The notes beneath the pieces were generated by a model. That model was not told the origin of the DNA. It was given only the letters and a program-made list of their open reading frames with translations, and did no database searches. This document shows, one piece after another, positions 40,515 to 55,389 of a stretch of DNA of 64,000 bases. A program made the translations under genes and the position numbers. How positions within the stretch are numbered: the stretch's first letter is position 1; each line of letters opens with the position of its first letter. The DNA comes from Eledone cirrhosa (taxonomy: Eukaryota). The DNA is taken from contig OZ024754.1 of the NCBI GenBank assembly GCA_964016885.1, forward strand, positions 29,078,001 to 29,142,000, in the 5' to 3' direction.

Positions 40515-41176
40515 ATACTTTGGGAGGGTCATGTTGCCAATAAGAAACACACGCACCAGTTGCTTTCACTTCAATTTATTATAAATTTAGGAATTTATAA
40601 ATTTCCGGTTTGTTGGTTGGTTCCACAACCAGACGATCGTTCATATATTGTCAAAGTTCTTTCGTCACACATTCTGTGACCTCTTCAGTGACTGGGGATT
40701 CTTTTCTTTGTTTTTGTGCCTCTCCTTTGTTCTGTCCTACGCCATATTCTTTTTGTGTGTGTTGTGTGCTTAGTTTGCGCATGTGTTACATCCGGGTGTC
40801 TGTGTGTGTTTATATTTGTTTATTTGTTTATTTACATGTTACTGGTTGGTTGTTTGTTCTATGTGTGTGTGTGGTTTCATTTTGTCCTTAATTGTAAGTT
40901 GTGATGTTGCTATTCCATTCATGCTTTCTATTTAATTTTGGTTGGAGTTCATTTATGTTTATTCCCTCTGAAGAGTCCATTTATGTTTATTGCCTCTGAA
41001 GAGGTCACAGAATGTGTGACGAAAGAACTTTGACAATATATGAACAATCGTCTGGTTGTGGAACCAACCAACCAACCGGAAATTTATAAATTCCTAAATT
41101 TATAATAAATTGAATTGAAACAACTGGTGCGTGTGTTTCTTATTGGCAACATGACCCTCCCAAAGTATAACAATAT
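40508..41176 (-). mobile_element. 5'-truncated Penelope-like element with inverted pseudo-LTR and hammerheads
   Basis: Arms 40508-40688 and 40996-41176 are inverted. The spacer on the minus strand reads NINELQPKLNRK..., homologous to 39350-39420. Hammerhead gtca-CTGAAGA-g gtcac...gtgac-GAAA-gaac-TT-tgac at 40650-40692(-), with a + copy at 40988-41038. Confidence 0.85.
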
Positions 41177-41230
41177 CGATTTCAATACACGTTTTCAGAT
41201 AAAGAATTTTGCTAAACAAATTCAGAAACG

Positions 41231-41278
<48 letters not shown>

Positions 41279-43756
41279 GATTATACGTAATATTCACATA
41301 TACATGAAATTTAAATCTGTGTTCATTTGTCTGTGTTTGTTTTTAATTAGAATTCTATATATTTATTCAAATACACATTTATATGTATATAAGTTTATAT
41401 TTTGTGCAGACGTATGGCTTGTATTTTGACTTCGTATTTCTTTCTTTTTAATCGTCTAGTTGACTGCAAGCGTATTAGTTTGAATTATCGTTTTTTTCTC
41501 TTTTAAATGGCTGCCTGGCATATATTTTGTTACATAATACAAAGTTTATAGATAAATAATTCTATGCACCAAACTAAATAATCAATGTCTGCATGTTACT
41601 TCCTGCAAAATCTATACTCTTTCTTCGGTATATAATTATCACTTAATGAATATATCAGTTTATATTAATTTATGTTAGTATTTCAACTTGTTACAATAAA
41701 ATGGCTCTGATGTGTATTGTATTGATACACATCAGCCAGTCACTGTGAATTACAGAATAAAACGCCATTGTTAATTCGTCATAATTTTTAAAAATATGTC
41801 TAAATTGTTTTACTTACTTTTATATATTACACAAATATTTCTATGCTAATTTTCCTGTTTTTTTCTGACTATATTTAATTCAAAATTTGTATTAGATAAT
41901 ATGCAGTAATGGAAAGACCAATGGAAACACGGTTTCGTTGGTCCGATTTGACGAGTTCCACCCTACTCGATAAGCGAATGAGGTCTGAGATCTTGTTGAT
42001 CGTTTTTTTAATTTATTTTAAATAGATAATATATGCCTTACGATACGGGCGGCGAATTGGTAAAGTCGTTAGAAAGTTGGGTAATATTCTTTGCGGTATT
42101 GCGGTATTCGAGTTGAAAACCCGCCGACGTCAATTTTGGTTTCCATCGTTACGAAGACGTACCAGTCCAGTACTGGGATTGATTCTTCCTCTATATCTCT
42201 TTTCCACTTCCTCTCTATCTCTATTTCTCTGGGAGAAATCAGCAATGTTCAGACTTGAAGGAATAGGTTCCTCCAAGTTTAAACATGGCCAAGAGACGTT
42301 GAATGTCACTACGGCACATCTACGCCTCTATCAGGAGTCACGTGGATAAATATATATATTTTACATTAAAATTTGTGGTGTTATTATGTCCGGCAGTGCC
42401 GTTCCTCACATTATTCATTTTCATTTGGATTTTACTTTATATGGGAATGTGCAGTTCCAGATTTATCTACATTTGTGCGTGTGAATCTGTGTACTGAAAG
42501 TGCATGAGCACTCTAAATAATTTGTAAACGATGAAATATAGATTATATATAGTGAATCAGGCATTTTACAATTTACGTCTTCTGTTATATCGACGAGGCG
42601 TGATATGTTGAAATGATTGTCATAACATGTCAGACAGAGCTTGGGAGCAATTAGTTAATACGTATTTGTTGTATGAACAGAGAATGAAAGTTCTTTCAAA
42701 CAGGATTGTAGATATATCATGGAATCAGAGCGAAGTACTCTCACAGAAAGTCTGCTAGATACAATTTTAGACTTGACCAAAATTAACAGACAGTACTAAT
42801 GTTAATGTCTGCTTGTATACATCAGAGAATGGTATATTGAAAAAGGAGTGTATACGACGAACATCATTTTTGACAGGTGACAATTATAATGTAAGATCAA
42901 ATATATATATTTAGCGGCAAAGCAACCACCTACAATTTATCATCTTTATTTAGATTCGCAAGAAAATATATATATTTAACGGTTCACTCGCTTTCGTGTG
43001 TAAAGATTTGATCTTATATGTAGAAAAAAATCTATCGTCTATCAACATTTCTTTCGATATCCCATTCACTTTATTATTTTAGGCAACGTTCCAAGCATGA
43101 CAATCTAATAAATTTTATCATTCTCTTGGTCTACAATCTAATGGCTTTCTCTCTTTTTTAACCCTTTTGTGACCATATTCTAATAATAGACACTGCCTAT
43201 AATTTTCAAATAATTTTGAAAGTAATCAAGAATTTGGAGGGGTATAGTAATATAATTAACTTTGTCATTAATAAGCTGGTATTTGAAATATAACTTAAAC
43301 TTTCTTACATAACTTCGTAATGGGAGGTTTTTAAATAAATATATCTAAAACAAATAGTTTTGTATCGCTGAACAAAGTACAATCTCAACAAGGTAGTTTG
43401 GTTATCAAAAGGGTTAAAATTGGTGAACGGTAATGTAAACGAGATATGAGTGAATTTTGAATGAGATCTGACTTTATTTTTAACAGATTGACTGAGCCCG
43501 CAGAGGTTCGGTGCTGGTTGGCTCGTCTTTGTTGGTTTCATTACCAGCCATGATTGTCATAAATGAAATTCGCAGCTCACTGATATTCAGTGTTTTATGG
43601 TCAAGGGGCTCAAATCGTATCATGAAAAGTAACGTGAAATGTAGTGTCTATCTCACGAACATAACGCACTTCTCGGTTCAAGAATCGAACCCACTAATTT
43701 ATCACCCTGCGTCCAGCACCCTAACAATTAGTTCATGAACCTTCGTTTTAAGGTAA

Positions 43757-43935
43757 ATAATTGTTTCTACTTTTGACACAAGGTCAGCAATTACCCAGTG
43801 CATTACTGGTACTTTATTTTATCGACCCCGTAAGGATGAAAAGCAAAGTTAACCTCGGCGGGATTTGAACTCAGAATGGCAAGGGCCGTAACTCTATACG
43901 TCAAAGCATGGCGTCCGACCCTCTACCGATACTGC
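43757..43935 (-). mobile_element. SINE, same family as 19655
   Basis: Reverse-complement match to core and tail. Confidence 0.88.
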
Positions 43936-44344
43936 AACGCTTCATTGGAGCACACATCATAGTTACTAAAGGTTTTATAATGCCATGTTGATTCGTCTAC
44001 GGTTTCCAAATATGTTACGGATAATTAATATGAAAAGTTTATTTATTAATTTTATTAATAAATTTGAATGCATACGTACGGGAGGTTATGAAAATATAAG
44101 AAAAATATTTGTCTAAGCTATGAAGTAACACGATAAATTGCATCAAATTGGCGGATTTCTGTTGGTGTTGCTATGGCGGTTTAGCATCAAGTTAGCCATG
44201 ACTGCATGCTATCCACCCCCTTTCACAAGCATTACAATACGCCTTCTCTTCTCTCAGTTATCTCCACATCTCCCAAATTTGATTTGGCTGTTGATTTAAT
44301 ACAGTTAAATAATATGTATTTTTTACAAGACAGACCCCCCAGAT

Positions 44345-44800
<456 letters not shown>

Positions 44801-44830
44801 TACACATATATATACATATGCTTAAGAGGA

Positions 44831-45213
44831 AAGCACGAACGGGGGATAATTTCCCTTTCATCAGTTGTCTGCTGGAGATCATGGACATTTCTACGCATTA
44901 AAGACAATATGTCTAGCTCCAGTGCGTTAATAACTAAAGGAAGTTATGGGGGAAAAAATGAGAAAGAGAAAAAAATAATAACAGAAGGGAAAAAAGAAAG
45001 AAAAAAAGGAAAAAGAAAACGGAAAAAAACATACCGAAGAGGGAAACATGAGAAGCACGTGTAGTAGCAACAGAAGAGAAAGAAAGGCTGTCAACATCAG
45101 TACTGAACTGTTTTTTGCGCACTGGAGCTAGACATATTGTCTTTAATGCGGAGAAATATCCATGATCTCCAGCAGACAACTGATGAAAGGGAAATTATCC
45201 CCCGTTCGTGCTT
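44831..45213. repeat. Inverted repeat (~95 bp arms) around a purine-rich spacer
   Basis: 44831-44926 versus 45118-45213. The arms contain CTGATGA, but the GAAA half is degenerate. Confidence 0.85.
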
Positions 45214-45273
45214 ATAAATACACTTTATCCGGCAACAACACAGCCCCTGTTCCTTCACAAATTTTTATTTTAT

Positions 45274-45656
45274 ATAAATTAATAAAAACAATGAATAAAA
45301 ACAAAGAAACAGTTCCTTATATTAAAAAATTCATAATTTTACGATTGTTTCTAGGATATATATGTGTGTGTTGGTATGTATATCATATAGATCTATGTAA
45401 AAATTTTACAAACTATCAGAGGGAATATACATACCTACACATATATATGCTGTCTTCAGAAAATAATTTTCTGAAGACAGCATATATATGTGTAGGTATG
45501 TATATTCCTTCTGATAGTTTGTAAAATTTTTACATAGATCTATATGATATACATACCAACACACACATATATATCCTAGAAACGATCGTAAAATTATGAA
45601 TTTTTTAATATAAGGAACTGTTTCTTTGTTTTTATTCATTGTTTTTATTAATTTAT
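45274..45656. repeat. ~380 bp near-perfect palindrome made of two divergent hammerheads with ~100 nt stem II
   Basis: Centre ~45465. The + arm reads ataatttt-CTGAAGA-c ag c atatatatgtgt...acacatatatat c ct a-GAAA-cgatcg-TA-aaattat (45463-45597). Confidence 0.85.
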
Positions 45657-45775
45657 CTTGACTCTGTTTTCCTGTGATTTTCATCGAAAAAATTATTGAA
45701 TATATCTCTTTTCATGATATTTGGATTACATTGACTTCTTAATACGGATTGGACACTACCGTATATTTTGGTAGA

Positions 45776-45878
<103 letters not shown>

Positions 45879-45989
45879 ATGTATAGAAATGAATGAGAGA
45901 GAGAGTATTGTGTGTGTGTTCTGCAACATATTTATCAAGGTATACAAATGTATCTAAACGTTTGTCTCGAGCCTGGATTCCCTCCTGAA

Positions 45990-46170
45990 CAAGACGCCAG
46001 TCCATCGCAGGGTCAAACCACCAGGTATTGCTGGTACTCATTTTTAGCTAAGTATAGTGGACCAACGTGAAATGAAATATTTTGCTCAAGAACACAACAC
46101 ATAAAACCCAGTCCAGGAATCGAACCCATGACATTATGATCTTTAGTCCAACACCCTTACCACTAAGCCC
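45990..46170 (-). mobile_element. tRNA-derived SINE of a second (CORE-like) family
   Basis: Minus strand ggcttagtggtaagg (A box), gggttcgattcc (B box) and gtgttgtgttcttgagcaa. Confidence 0.65.
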
Positions 46171-47998
46171 CCCCCCCCCCCCCCCAAATATATGAAAAGA
46201 GGAAACTAGATTTTTCACGCTCCGACATATTTGATTTTGAGGTTAATTTAATTAAAAAATTCAGCAATATTTATTCTCTACTGGAAACATCGGACAGGTA
46301 CACAAGCCTTGTGTTTTTTTTAGAGAGATTACGATAAACAACCTTCTGCTGCGTTACCGAATATTTATTCACAACTGAAGAAAAAAAAGGAGAGCGTGAT
46401 ACATTGCAAACTATATTTGTGATATCATTTCGTTTAAGTGGGAGGCCGTCAGAGGAGTGGTATTCTTTATATTACGAAGAATCCGACAGTTTTTCTGATA
46501 AAGTCCTGCTGATATATACTATACTATATATTCAATATACATGATTATTTAACAGCTTATCTAGTCCATACTGTTTATTATCAGGAACTTCCTGCTAAAT
46601 CAAACAGAAGCCTAGCACTGGAAACTTCGTTGCTATTTTAACTTAGAGAAAGGAAAGGAAACAGACAAAACGAAGATAGTATAGTTTATATATATATATA
46701 TGCGTGTGTATGTGTTTTGGGCGTTTAGCCGAATTATAGACACTGTAGTAACTAGTAATGTAAGATGGAGAATACGAGTGTTTGAACCAAGGATATAACA
46801 TTTTCCAGACGCACACATACAGATACACAGACTTTCATACATATACATACATACATACATACATACATACATACATACATACATACATACATACATACAT
46901 ACATGATGATGGCTTCCCCCTCGTTATCGAGTATGGCCAGTGCACGATATACCATTATTAATAATTATTAATTAATTCTATCGTGCAATGCCTGTGCGTG
47001 AAGATATTTTTTAAAGTGAAGAAAGACTGTGCACTGAGCCAATCCCACTCTCTGAGCGACAGTAGCTATAACCCGAAAAGAAGAAAAGATCAACATCATC
47101 GGTAACTACTGAGCCGCAGGTTTTATATCGGAGTTATCCCTGTTTCCTGAGTTGCCTTCTCCTAGAAGAATGCCCTGACAAAGGCTAGGTGTCCTTCACT
47201 CCCAGTGGTTTAACCGCATACATACATACATACATACATACATACATACATACATACATACATACATACATACATACATACATACATACATGCATTCATG
47301 TATACATACATATACACACACATACATACAAAGGTTCTTACATGAACTATCATGGAAGGCTTATAGGTGTATATAAACATTTTAATCTTTTCATTACCAT
47401 ATTTCTAAGAGGCTGCTTATGATTTTCGAATAAATTTGAAAATAATCAAGAAAGATTTTGTAATATAGCTAAATTCCTCCTTATTAAGCTGGTGTTTGGA
47501 ACATAAATTAATAAAGATTCTTACATGAAATTATAATGGAAGGTTTTTACATGAATATAAACAGTTTATGTATTATGGGCCCAGAGGTGGTTTCTCGCAG
47601 TTTAGTATCAAAGGATTATGATACACCGAACGAATAATAAATGAGTTGAAATAATCTAAAATACTTGATGGCTTCAAGGTCTGAATTCAACATCTTTCTT
47701 CTAAAAGTTAAAGCCTTAATAAGAGAGGCATTGTAATATGACTTGATTTGTTAGTGAAAGAGGTTACAAAATATATGGCTTACTTTCAGTATGATACAAT
47801 GTTACTTAATTTCATGGTTTCTTTATATTCAATTATTTTGAATTCAGCCAAAGAATTGCTTGAAACTGCAAATTTACTTCAATGTAATTCAGGCAAAGAT
47901 ACTCCAGAGAAGCACGTACTCATTGAAAAATTTCTAAAGATAATTTCTTTTCTATTAACATTCTATTAAGGTTCTCATATATGTATGTATGTATGTGT

Positions 47999-48032
<34 letters not shown>

Positions 48033-48033
<1 letters not shown>

Positions 48034-48290
48034 GTTATGTAATAAAGAACAAGATAATTATTTCATTTACCAGTGGTTTCTTGAAGGCAGATGTTATGTC
48101 TATCTTCAGGGTGTTTTTATTAAATATGGATTTGAAAGAAAAAAAACAACTTTTTTTTTTTTTTTCAAATCCATATTTAATAAAAACACCATGTTATTTA
48201 TTCATTCTGACGACTGAAGACAGACATAACATCTACCTTCAAGAAACCACTGGTAAATGAAATAATAATCTTATGTTGTTTATTACTTAA
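48033..48290. repeat. Fold-back cassette with an intact hammerhead on the + arm (48201-48261)
   Basis: ttcatt-CTGACGA-c tgaag...cttca a-GAAA-ccactgg-TA-aatgaa. The inverted arm at ~48033-48150 lacks the CTGACGA segment. Confidence 0.83.
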
Positions 48291-49959
48291 CTAATAAGCT
48301 CTGTAGCCTACATAGAGCACTCTTTTTTCCTGTACCTTTCCGACGAAAATACTTTATTAATATATATATATATATATACACATACACACACATATATATA
48401 TATACATATACATACATACATACAGCCGTATGGCTGGAACAGGTAAAAGAGTAAAAGAGTAAAAGACATATATATATATAGTTTCCGTTTGTTGTTGATA
48501 CTTATAATTTTCTTGTTGTTGTTGGTGGTATTATATCTGTGTGATTGTTAGAACGTCTGGTGAAGTGGTAGGGTGTTTAAATCGTGGATTAAATGCTTTT
48601 GTATTTGTTCTGGCACTCTGAGTTCAAATCTCCCCATAGTCAACTTTGCTTTTCATCCTTTCGGGGTTTTTAATAAAGACTCAGTCCATTGGGAAATGTG
48701 TTGACAGGATTGTTGAAGAGTCAGACAGGCTTTTCGGTACCTGATCTTGTTCTGTGTATTCTGAATTCAAACCCCACCTCATTCTGCCATTGTTTATGTA
48801 ATATTATATTCTTTACATTATCAACTGAGATATTGAACACTTTGACATATATTTAATTCTTGATGCTTTTGCTTTTAGGGTTGAAATTTATGGAGGAGAC
48901 ATGGGCCTGCCGTGGGAGTAAGATCGTGATAAGCCTTGCCATCGTGCTGGGTTGAGATCTTTCGTCCTCTAAAGCTGTATAGGTTAGAAATATGAGTTAA
49001 AGTAGAGACATTATCTGAAATATTTTAATAAAACAAACATATACCTCATATGTGCAACAATGGTTGTGTGGTTAAGATGTCTGCTTGGCAACAGCGTAGT
49101 TCTACTGTGCAGTATCTTAGACAAGTGTCTTCTCCTATAGGCTCGAGTTGAACAATACCTTGTGAGATGAATTTGATTTGTGAATGGAATTTGGTAGAAG
49201 GAAACAATTTGGAAGCACATTGGATGGATTGTGCTTGCAATTCAAAGAATCAGCTTTGCCACACACTCTTACAATGGAGTTCCCTGAGAATTACGTTAAG
49301 GGTACGCGTACTCCGCCACGTATACGTTAATTTCACAAGCATGCTGTTCCGTTCATCGAATAATTAAAACACTCATCGTCGAAACCGATGGAAAACCCCC
49401 ATTTGATTCCATAGATGACAATTTTAACGGCAATGTACTATGATTATATTGAATCTATTTATATTAATTGAAAGGGACATTTCCGAATCGCCATCTTTTT
49501 ATTTGATATCCTGACAGCTAGTTTATATTTATTTGCTTCCAATCTCGGCACAACAAAAAATATTCAACAACTTTTAGTGATTATTATTATTATTGGCGAA
49601 CTACATAGTAAATCGTATCATCGTGAGCTCCGCAAAGGTTTGTTGTTTTCGTTTGTTTAAAATTGCCATTTATGGAAATTTTTTATTGTTAACTGTATAT
49701 AAGTGCACATACATTGTTTTCCGAAAATGACTCAAAAAGATTGGGGCCTTGAGCCCAAAATTTAAACTTTTATAATTATTTAAAAAAAACTTTCTTTGAA
49801 AAAAAAAAGAACGACTCACAGCCACACGAAGCTTACAGCCTTCCTCACAAACTAACACCTCACACCGACACCACCATTGTAATTATTACTACGTTTGCCA
49901 ACACTAAAAATATAAGCAGTAGCAATATTTTAAATTTGTCTCAGGCAGATATTCATTTC

Positions 49960-52900
49960 CCGCCATTACCAATGACTGCAGGTGTTAAAGCCGCCACGAC
50001 CACCACCACCGCGACAACAGAAACAAAAGAAAAAATAAATTAACTCGTGATATCGAAATCAATTCAACCAAAATGAACTCTTCCACACCGAACACCACTG
50101 ACGCCACCACCACCACAACTGAAACTAAAATTAATAATAACAAAAATAACGATAACAATAACAGCAACAATGAAATTAAGAAAACCACCCTGAGTTTTGC
50201 CAGAGTAGCAAAACAGTGCGAAGCATTTCAGGTAACTCAGGAGGAATTAGAAGAAGCCAAAAAAATGGTAAAGAAAGATGGGTACAGGGTCAGCTCCCCC
50301 CCCCCCACACACACACATAATAAAATGGAGCATCGTCGCCTATGCACCGAGTCTTATCGAACAATTAATATAAAGTCGCGCCGAGTGGAACGGGCATCCG
50401 AGTCCCAAAGCCAAAAAGCTTTGGGACATGTGTGGGCAAAAAAACCCCACATCAGATGTGGGCAGAAATATGGAACCGTGGACGTGTTCTTTGAAACACC
50501 ACAGGAGGCTAGAGAACACTCCATGGCCCCATTAAGAAGTGACGACTTCACACTCGTCCCAAGCTATTGTGGCCAGAGATTCGTAAAGATCAGGGTCACC
50601 CACGTTCCACTGGCCATCGAAATTCCCTGGCTAATAGCTGCCGTCCTCGCCGGCATCGAGGCCAACACCAAGATAATCGAAATAGCGAAAGAAAAGCAGG
50701 AGAACTGGTCCGGATCTGGGATGGAGCTCCTGATCCAAGCGGACAAAAAAGCATTGAGGAGATCCCAGAGGTAATAGACCTCACTGACGACAGCCACCTC
50801 ACCGTAATTGTCGAGGGCAGAAGGCCTAGGTGTGTCGTTTGTGGTGAAGGAACCCACCTAAGGGCTTTCTGCTCTCAGGCTAAAAGGTTGAGGCCACCTC
50901 TCCTACCCACCCCAGTGACTCAACCATCAACACCACCAGCAGCAGATATGGCAGCAACAACTGTAGCAGCAACAACAGAAGCAACTGTAACAGCAACAAC
51001 CCCAGCAACAGTAGCAAAACCAACACCACCACCACCCAACGCGCCAGAACTAGCACCAGCGCCTACACCATCCATCACGCCACAACCAAAACTAACGCCT
51101 GTGGAGGATTTTCCACTCCGCGGCCTATCACAACTGGAGACAGATTGTGACGACGAGGAGTGGGAAACGGTATCAGGAAAAAAGAAAAAAAGAAACCAAA
51201 AAAGAAAACAATTCTCTTCCTTCCCCCTCCAAAAACAAAATACAGAGGGAAATAAATAATCTATCAAACAAAAAAGTTAGGACAGACATGCCACCATCCA
51301 CACCAGCATCACCAACCCATCACCCCAAACACCAACACCATCACCATCATTAACCCCAACACCACCACCAACTACACCACAAAAGTCATCAAAATGCGAA
51401 ACAGAAACAAACCCACAACAAACGCAAACATAACAAAACAACCAAAACGATATACACTACACAGCATTAAATAAAGTACCAGTAATACACTGGGTAATTG
51501 CTGGCCTTGTGCCTAAAGTAGAAACAATTAAATTTGAACAACAACCAATTATTACACTACATCCAACACAACACCAGCATCACAGAAAAAGACTACACAA
51601 CAACCCAAAAGTTCACACCACCTCCACACATACAAATCACTCTCATCACACAGAAAACGTACATGACACTAAAACAAAAATTCAGCAAAGACATCGGAGA
51701 CTTCCGACAAGCACTCTTCAGGAGGATTTATAAGGACATCCTTCCTGAGGAGGCTACAAGCAGTGAAAAGGATGGAGAAACCGTCCTTCCTCTACGAGAA
51801 GTAAGGAAAGTGGTCTTTCCCATCTTTTCCACTCCTTTTCAACATGACCTCACTCAGAATAGGCAGCATAAATGCGCGTGGCTTGGGGTCGTCATGGAAG
51901 CAGGGCCACCTGCTCAACGACCTCAGGTCAATAAACATAGATGTAGTGGCCATCAGTGAGACCAGAATCTCCGAAGCACGGGCCTTCGCACCAATCTTCG
52001 GCGGCTACGATGTGTACGCATCTCTCAGCCGTCCGGGATCGGAGGAAGGAGTTGCTATGATTTTTCGGAGAGGTTTGGATCTTGCCATACGGGCCATCTT
52101 CCTGGAACCAGAAGGTAAGTTGGTGGTGCTGGACGTGACCAGCGGAGACGGGCAAGCTTTCAGGTTAGTAGCCGTCTATGCTCCGACAGGAGCAGGGCGG
52201 CCTGATTTCTTCCGGCGTCTGGAGACTTTTCTTGGAACGTCCCGCTCTTTAGTGTTTGTGGGCGACTGGAACGGGATCTTAGATGCACGCTGGGACTGTG
52301 TGGGATTAGTGGATAGGGGAGGAGGGTGCAAGAGTCTCACCAACCTGCTCAGGCGTTTTGAACTGTCTGACAGGTACCGATTGGATTTCCCGAATGTGCC
52401 AATGTGGACTTGGACAAATCGCATAGGGTCATCCAGATCATATCTAGATAGAGTATTTTGTAGGGAAATAGATAGGTCTAGCATAGTCTGTCCACAATTC
52501 AAGATAGTCAGCTACACGGACCACAAATTCGTGATCTGTGTGCTTGACTTAGATAGGCTTCATAGACAAGGACCCGGCTACTGGAAGCTAAACGCGTCCT
52601 TACCAGCGCGCAAGGCCTACAGAGACCGGATTAGACCGGGGGCCATCGTCAACAACAAGTGGTGGTTTGCTCTGAAAAGAGCAATTAGAATAGAGTCCAT
52701 TAGGTTTAGTAAGGCTTTAGAAATAGAGAAAAATAGAGCAGAGGGAGAATTAGTTAGAAAATTAGACGAGGCGCTTAGCAAAGGCATCGCGACCGACGTA
52801 CTTGCGGCGAAATTGGCCCCTGACCAATTCTTCAATGCAAAGCACGAAGGCTGCGTTGTCAGAGCTAGGGTGCGTGCTCTCAGACACGAGGGGACGAAAG

Positions 52901-55345
52901 CCGTTCAATGGGCAGCGGCGGACCGGTTCGAGGGATGGACTTTAGTGTCTACCTCGACGGACTGCCGTGGCTCTCGGCCACTGAGGCGGAGTGTTGCGAA
53001 AAGCCGATAACAGCCGCTGAAGTACGGGAGACAATGACTGGCCCACAAGGGGTAAATCGCCTGGTTTGGATGGTCTGCCCTATGAACTTTACGTACAGAT
53101 GCCAGACTTGTTCGGAGGCCTCTTAGCGGACATCTACTGCAACTGGCAACAGAACGGGAGAATTCCCAGCTCTGTGAGCCGAGGAGCGGTGGCGCTGCTG
53201 AGAAAGGATCCGAACAAGGGGGATAACATAGATAATTTTAGGCCCATAACTCTGCTAAACACAGAGTTCAAGATTTTGGCCAAGGTGCTAGCAAAGAGGT
53301 TGGCACTTGTCGTTGGTGGTGTGGTGGGAGAGGCGCAGATGTGCGCCATTCCCGACAGATCCATCCACGACAACCTCCACCTCATGCGATACATCGTAGA
53401 GAGGGTAGCTAGGGAATCTGGCACGGGTGGGTCCTCGATCAATTTAAATCAGTCGAAAGCTTTCGATAGGGTCGATCATCGTTACATAGCGGCAGTCCTG
53501 AGGACGGCTGGCTTTGGGCCCGTCTTCAGAGGCTGGATCGCTGCCATGCACAGCGACATCTGCTCTGTGGTGAGAGTGAACGGTCACCTTTCGGAACCGT
53601 TCAACATCATGCGCTCGGTCCGCCAAGGATGTCCCCTCTCGTCCCTCATGTACGTATTGACTCTCGAGCCATTACTGCACAAACTGGAGACGTTGAGGGG
53701 GGTCCCGCGCGAACTAGGATGCGGAAGATCCGTGTCAGCATCTGCGGACGACGTCACCGTAGTGGTGTCGAACGCCAAACACATCGAGGCGATCGGCATT
53801 ACACTAAGAGAATACGAAGCGGTGACAGGAGCAATGATCAACCAGGAAAAGTCAGTGGGCCTGCAGCTCGGCACCTGGAGAGGCAGGTCCATGCCGTCCA
53901 ACAGCGTCGTCGGGCGCTGGACGGACGGACCGGTTAAATTGCTAGGGGTCTGGTTCGGTCCGGACCTCCAGACGGACAAAAACTGGGACGAGGTGACGAG
54001 CAGGGTGGCTTCTCTCACCCAGAAATGGGCGGAGAGGAAGCTATCCCTGAAAGGTCGAGCGGAGGTGGCTAACGCGTACATCGCGTCCGTCATCTACTAC
54101 CGCCTGACCGTCGTACCTTGTCGTAAGCCCCACCTGACTGCGCTGGAGCGTTTGCTCTTTCGCTTTTTGTGGAAGAGACGCGCTCCGATGGTCAGGCTTT
54201 CCATCTGCTGTCAACACCCTCTACGTGGAGGGCTGGGCATGCCGTGGCTGATGATGCGCAGACACGCGCTCAGGCTACGACATCTCCACCTCTTCCTCGA
54301 CGGTGATCAGGTGTGGTCGCCGTTTGCTAGACACGTCTTTCCCCAGCTCGTCTCCTTGACGGAGCTGCAGTCCTGGGTCAAGCGAAAACCGAGAGGGAGC
54401 GCTTGGAGACTGGAATGTCTTCAGGCGCTCACAGCCCTCGACTAATGTGATCGGTGGAAACTCCACCTTGGCGTTCTATAGAGGATTAGTGGAGGGGAAG
54501 AGCGACGACGTACTTGGAGAAACTCTAGGCGTCGACGAAAATCAACTAGCCAATCTCTTCGGAAGGACTTTCGGGCCGGGGCCTATGGACAACTTCAGAA
54601 ATCCCTGGCATGGCAGTGCTACCGAGGAGCTTTGCCAGTTCGGGATAAACTCTACAGGCATGGAGGTGCCGTCAGCCGGGCATGTCCGTGATGCGCGCAG
54701 TGCGACGAAACCGTCCTGCACGCACTCGTCCAGTGTCCGAGCATTGCTGACTTGTGGGTTTATGTCGAACACCTGCTGTCACGTGTAGGACGGATCCAGC
54801 TATCAGCTGAGTCCATCGTGAGGATTGCCCCGCCCTCTTCCTTTAGCCGGGAAGGGAAGGCAGTTTTTATCTGTCTGGTGGCCATGGCGAAAGAGATAGT
54901 ATGGTGGACACGTTTGAAGGGGCTGAAGACGAGCACTTATCTCTTCGGTGATGCCCTGATTAACTTTTTCAAACTTCATTTGAAAAGGAAAGTCAGGGTA
55001 GAGAGGGAAGTGCTCTCTTCCCAGCATTTTGTTGAAAGATGGGTGAGAGAAGCAAGTATGGCCCGTGTGAATGGGCCTACTCTGAGTATCTGTCTGTAAA
55101 TTAAAGGTGGAAAACTGGGAGAGGGCACTTGCCCTGGTGGTCAGGGTTACTGTGGCCTTTTAATGGGCTTTCTCCACAAATGTCCCTCGGAAGTCTCCCC
55201 CCTATTGGGGAATTTTTCATTGTTATTTTTTATTACATCCTCTGTTTTTTTTTACACGCAGAAATACCCATTTGTACCGTCCTGTATTGTCCTGTACTGT
55301 CCTTAATGTCTACTTTATGTAAACCCTTGTGGTTAATAAAGAAAG
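49960..55345 (+). mobile_element. Near full-length but mutated Tx1/L1-clade LINE
   Basis: ORF1 50073-51259 (frameshifted) has a CX2CX4HX4C knuckle, CVVCGEGTHLRAFC. ORF2 51844-55099 has APE (SINARGL, ISET, GDWN, LDR, TDH, GPGYWKLN) and RT (NFRPITLLN, KAFDRVDH, VRQGCPLS, SADD). AATAAA at ~55335. Confidence 0.93.
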
Positions 55346-55381
<36 letters not shown>

Positions 55382-55389
55382 CATTATTA

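Noticed and set aside
44831-45213. Intact hammerhead in this inverted repeat
   Set aside because: CTGATGA and a stem II candidate are present, but GAAA and the stem I partner are missing; at most a relic.
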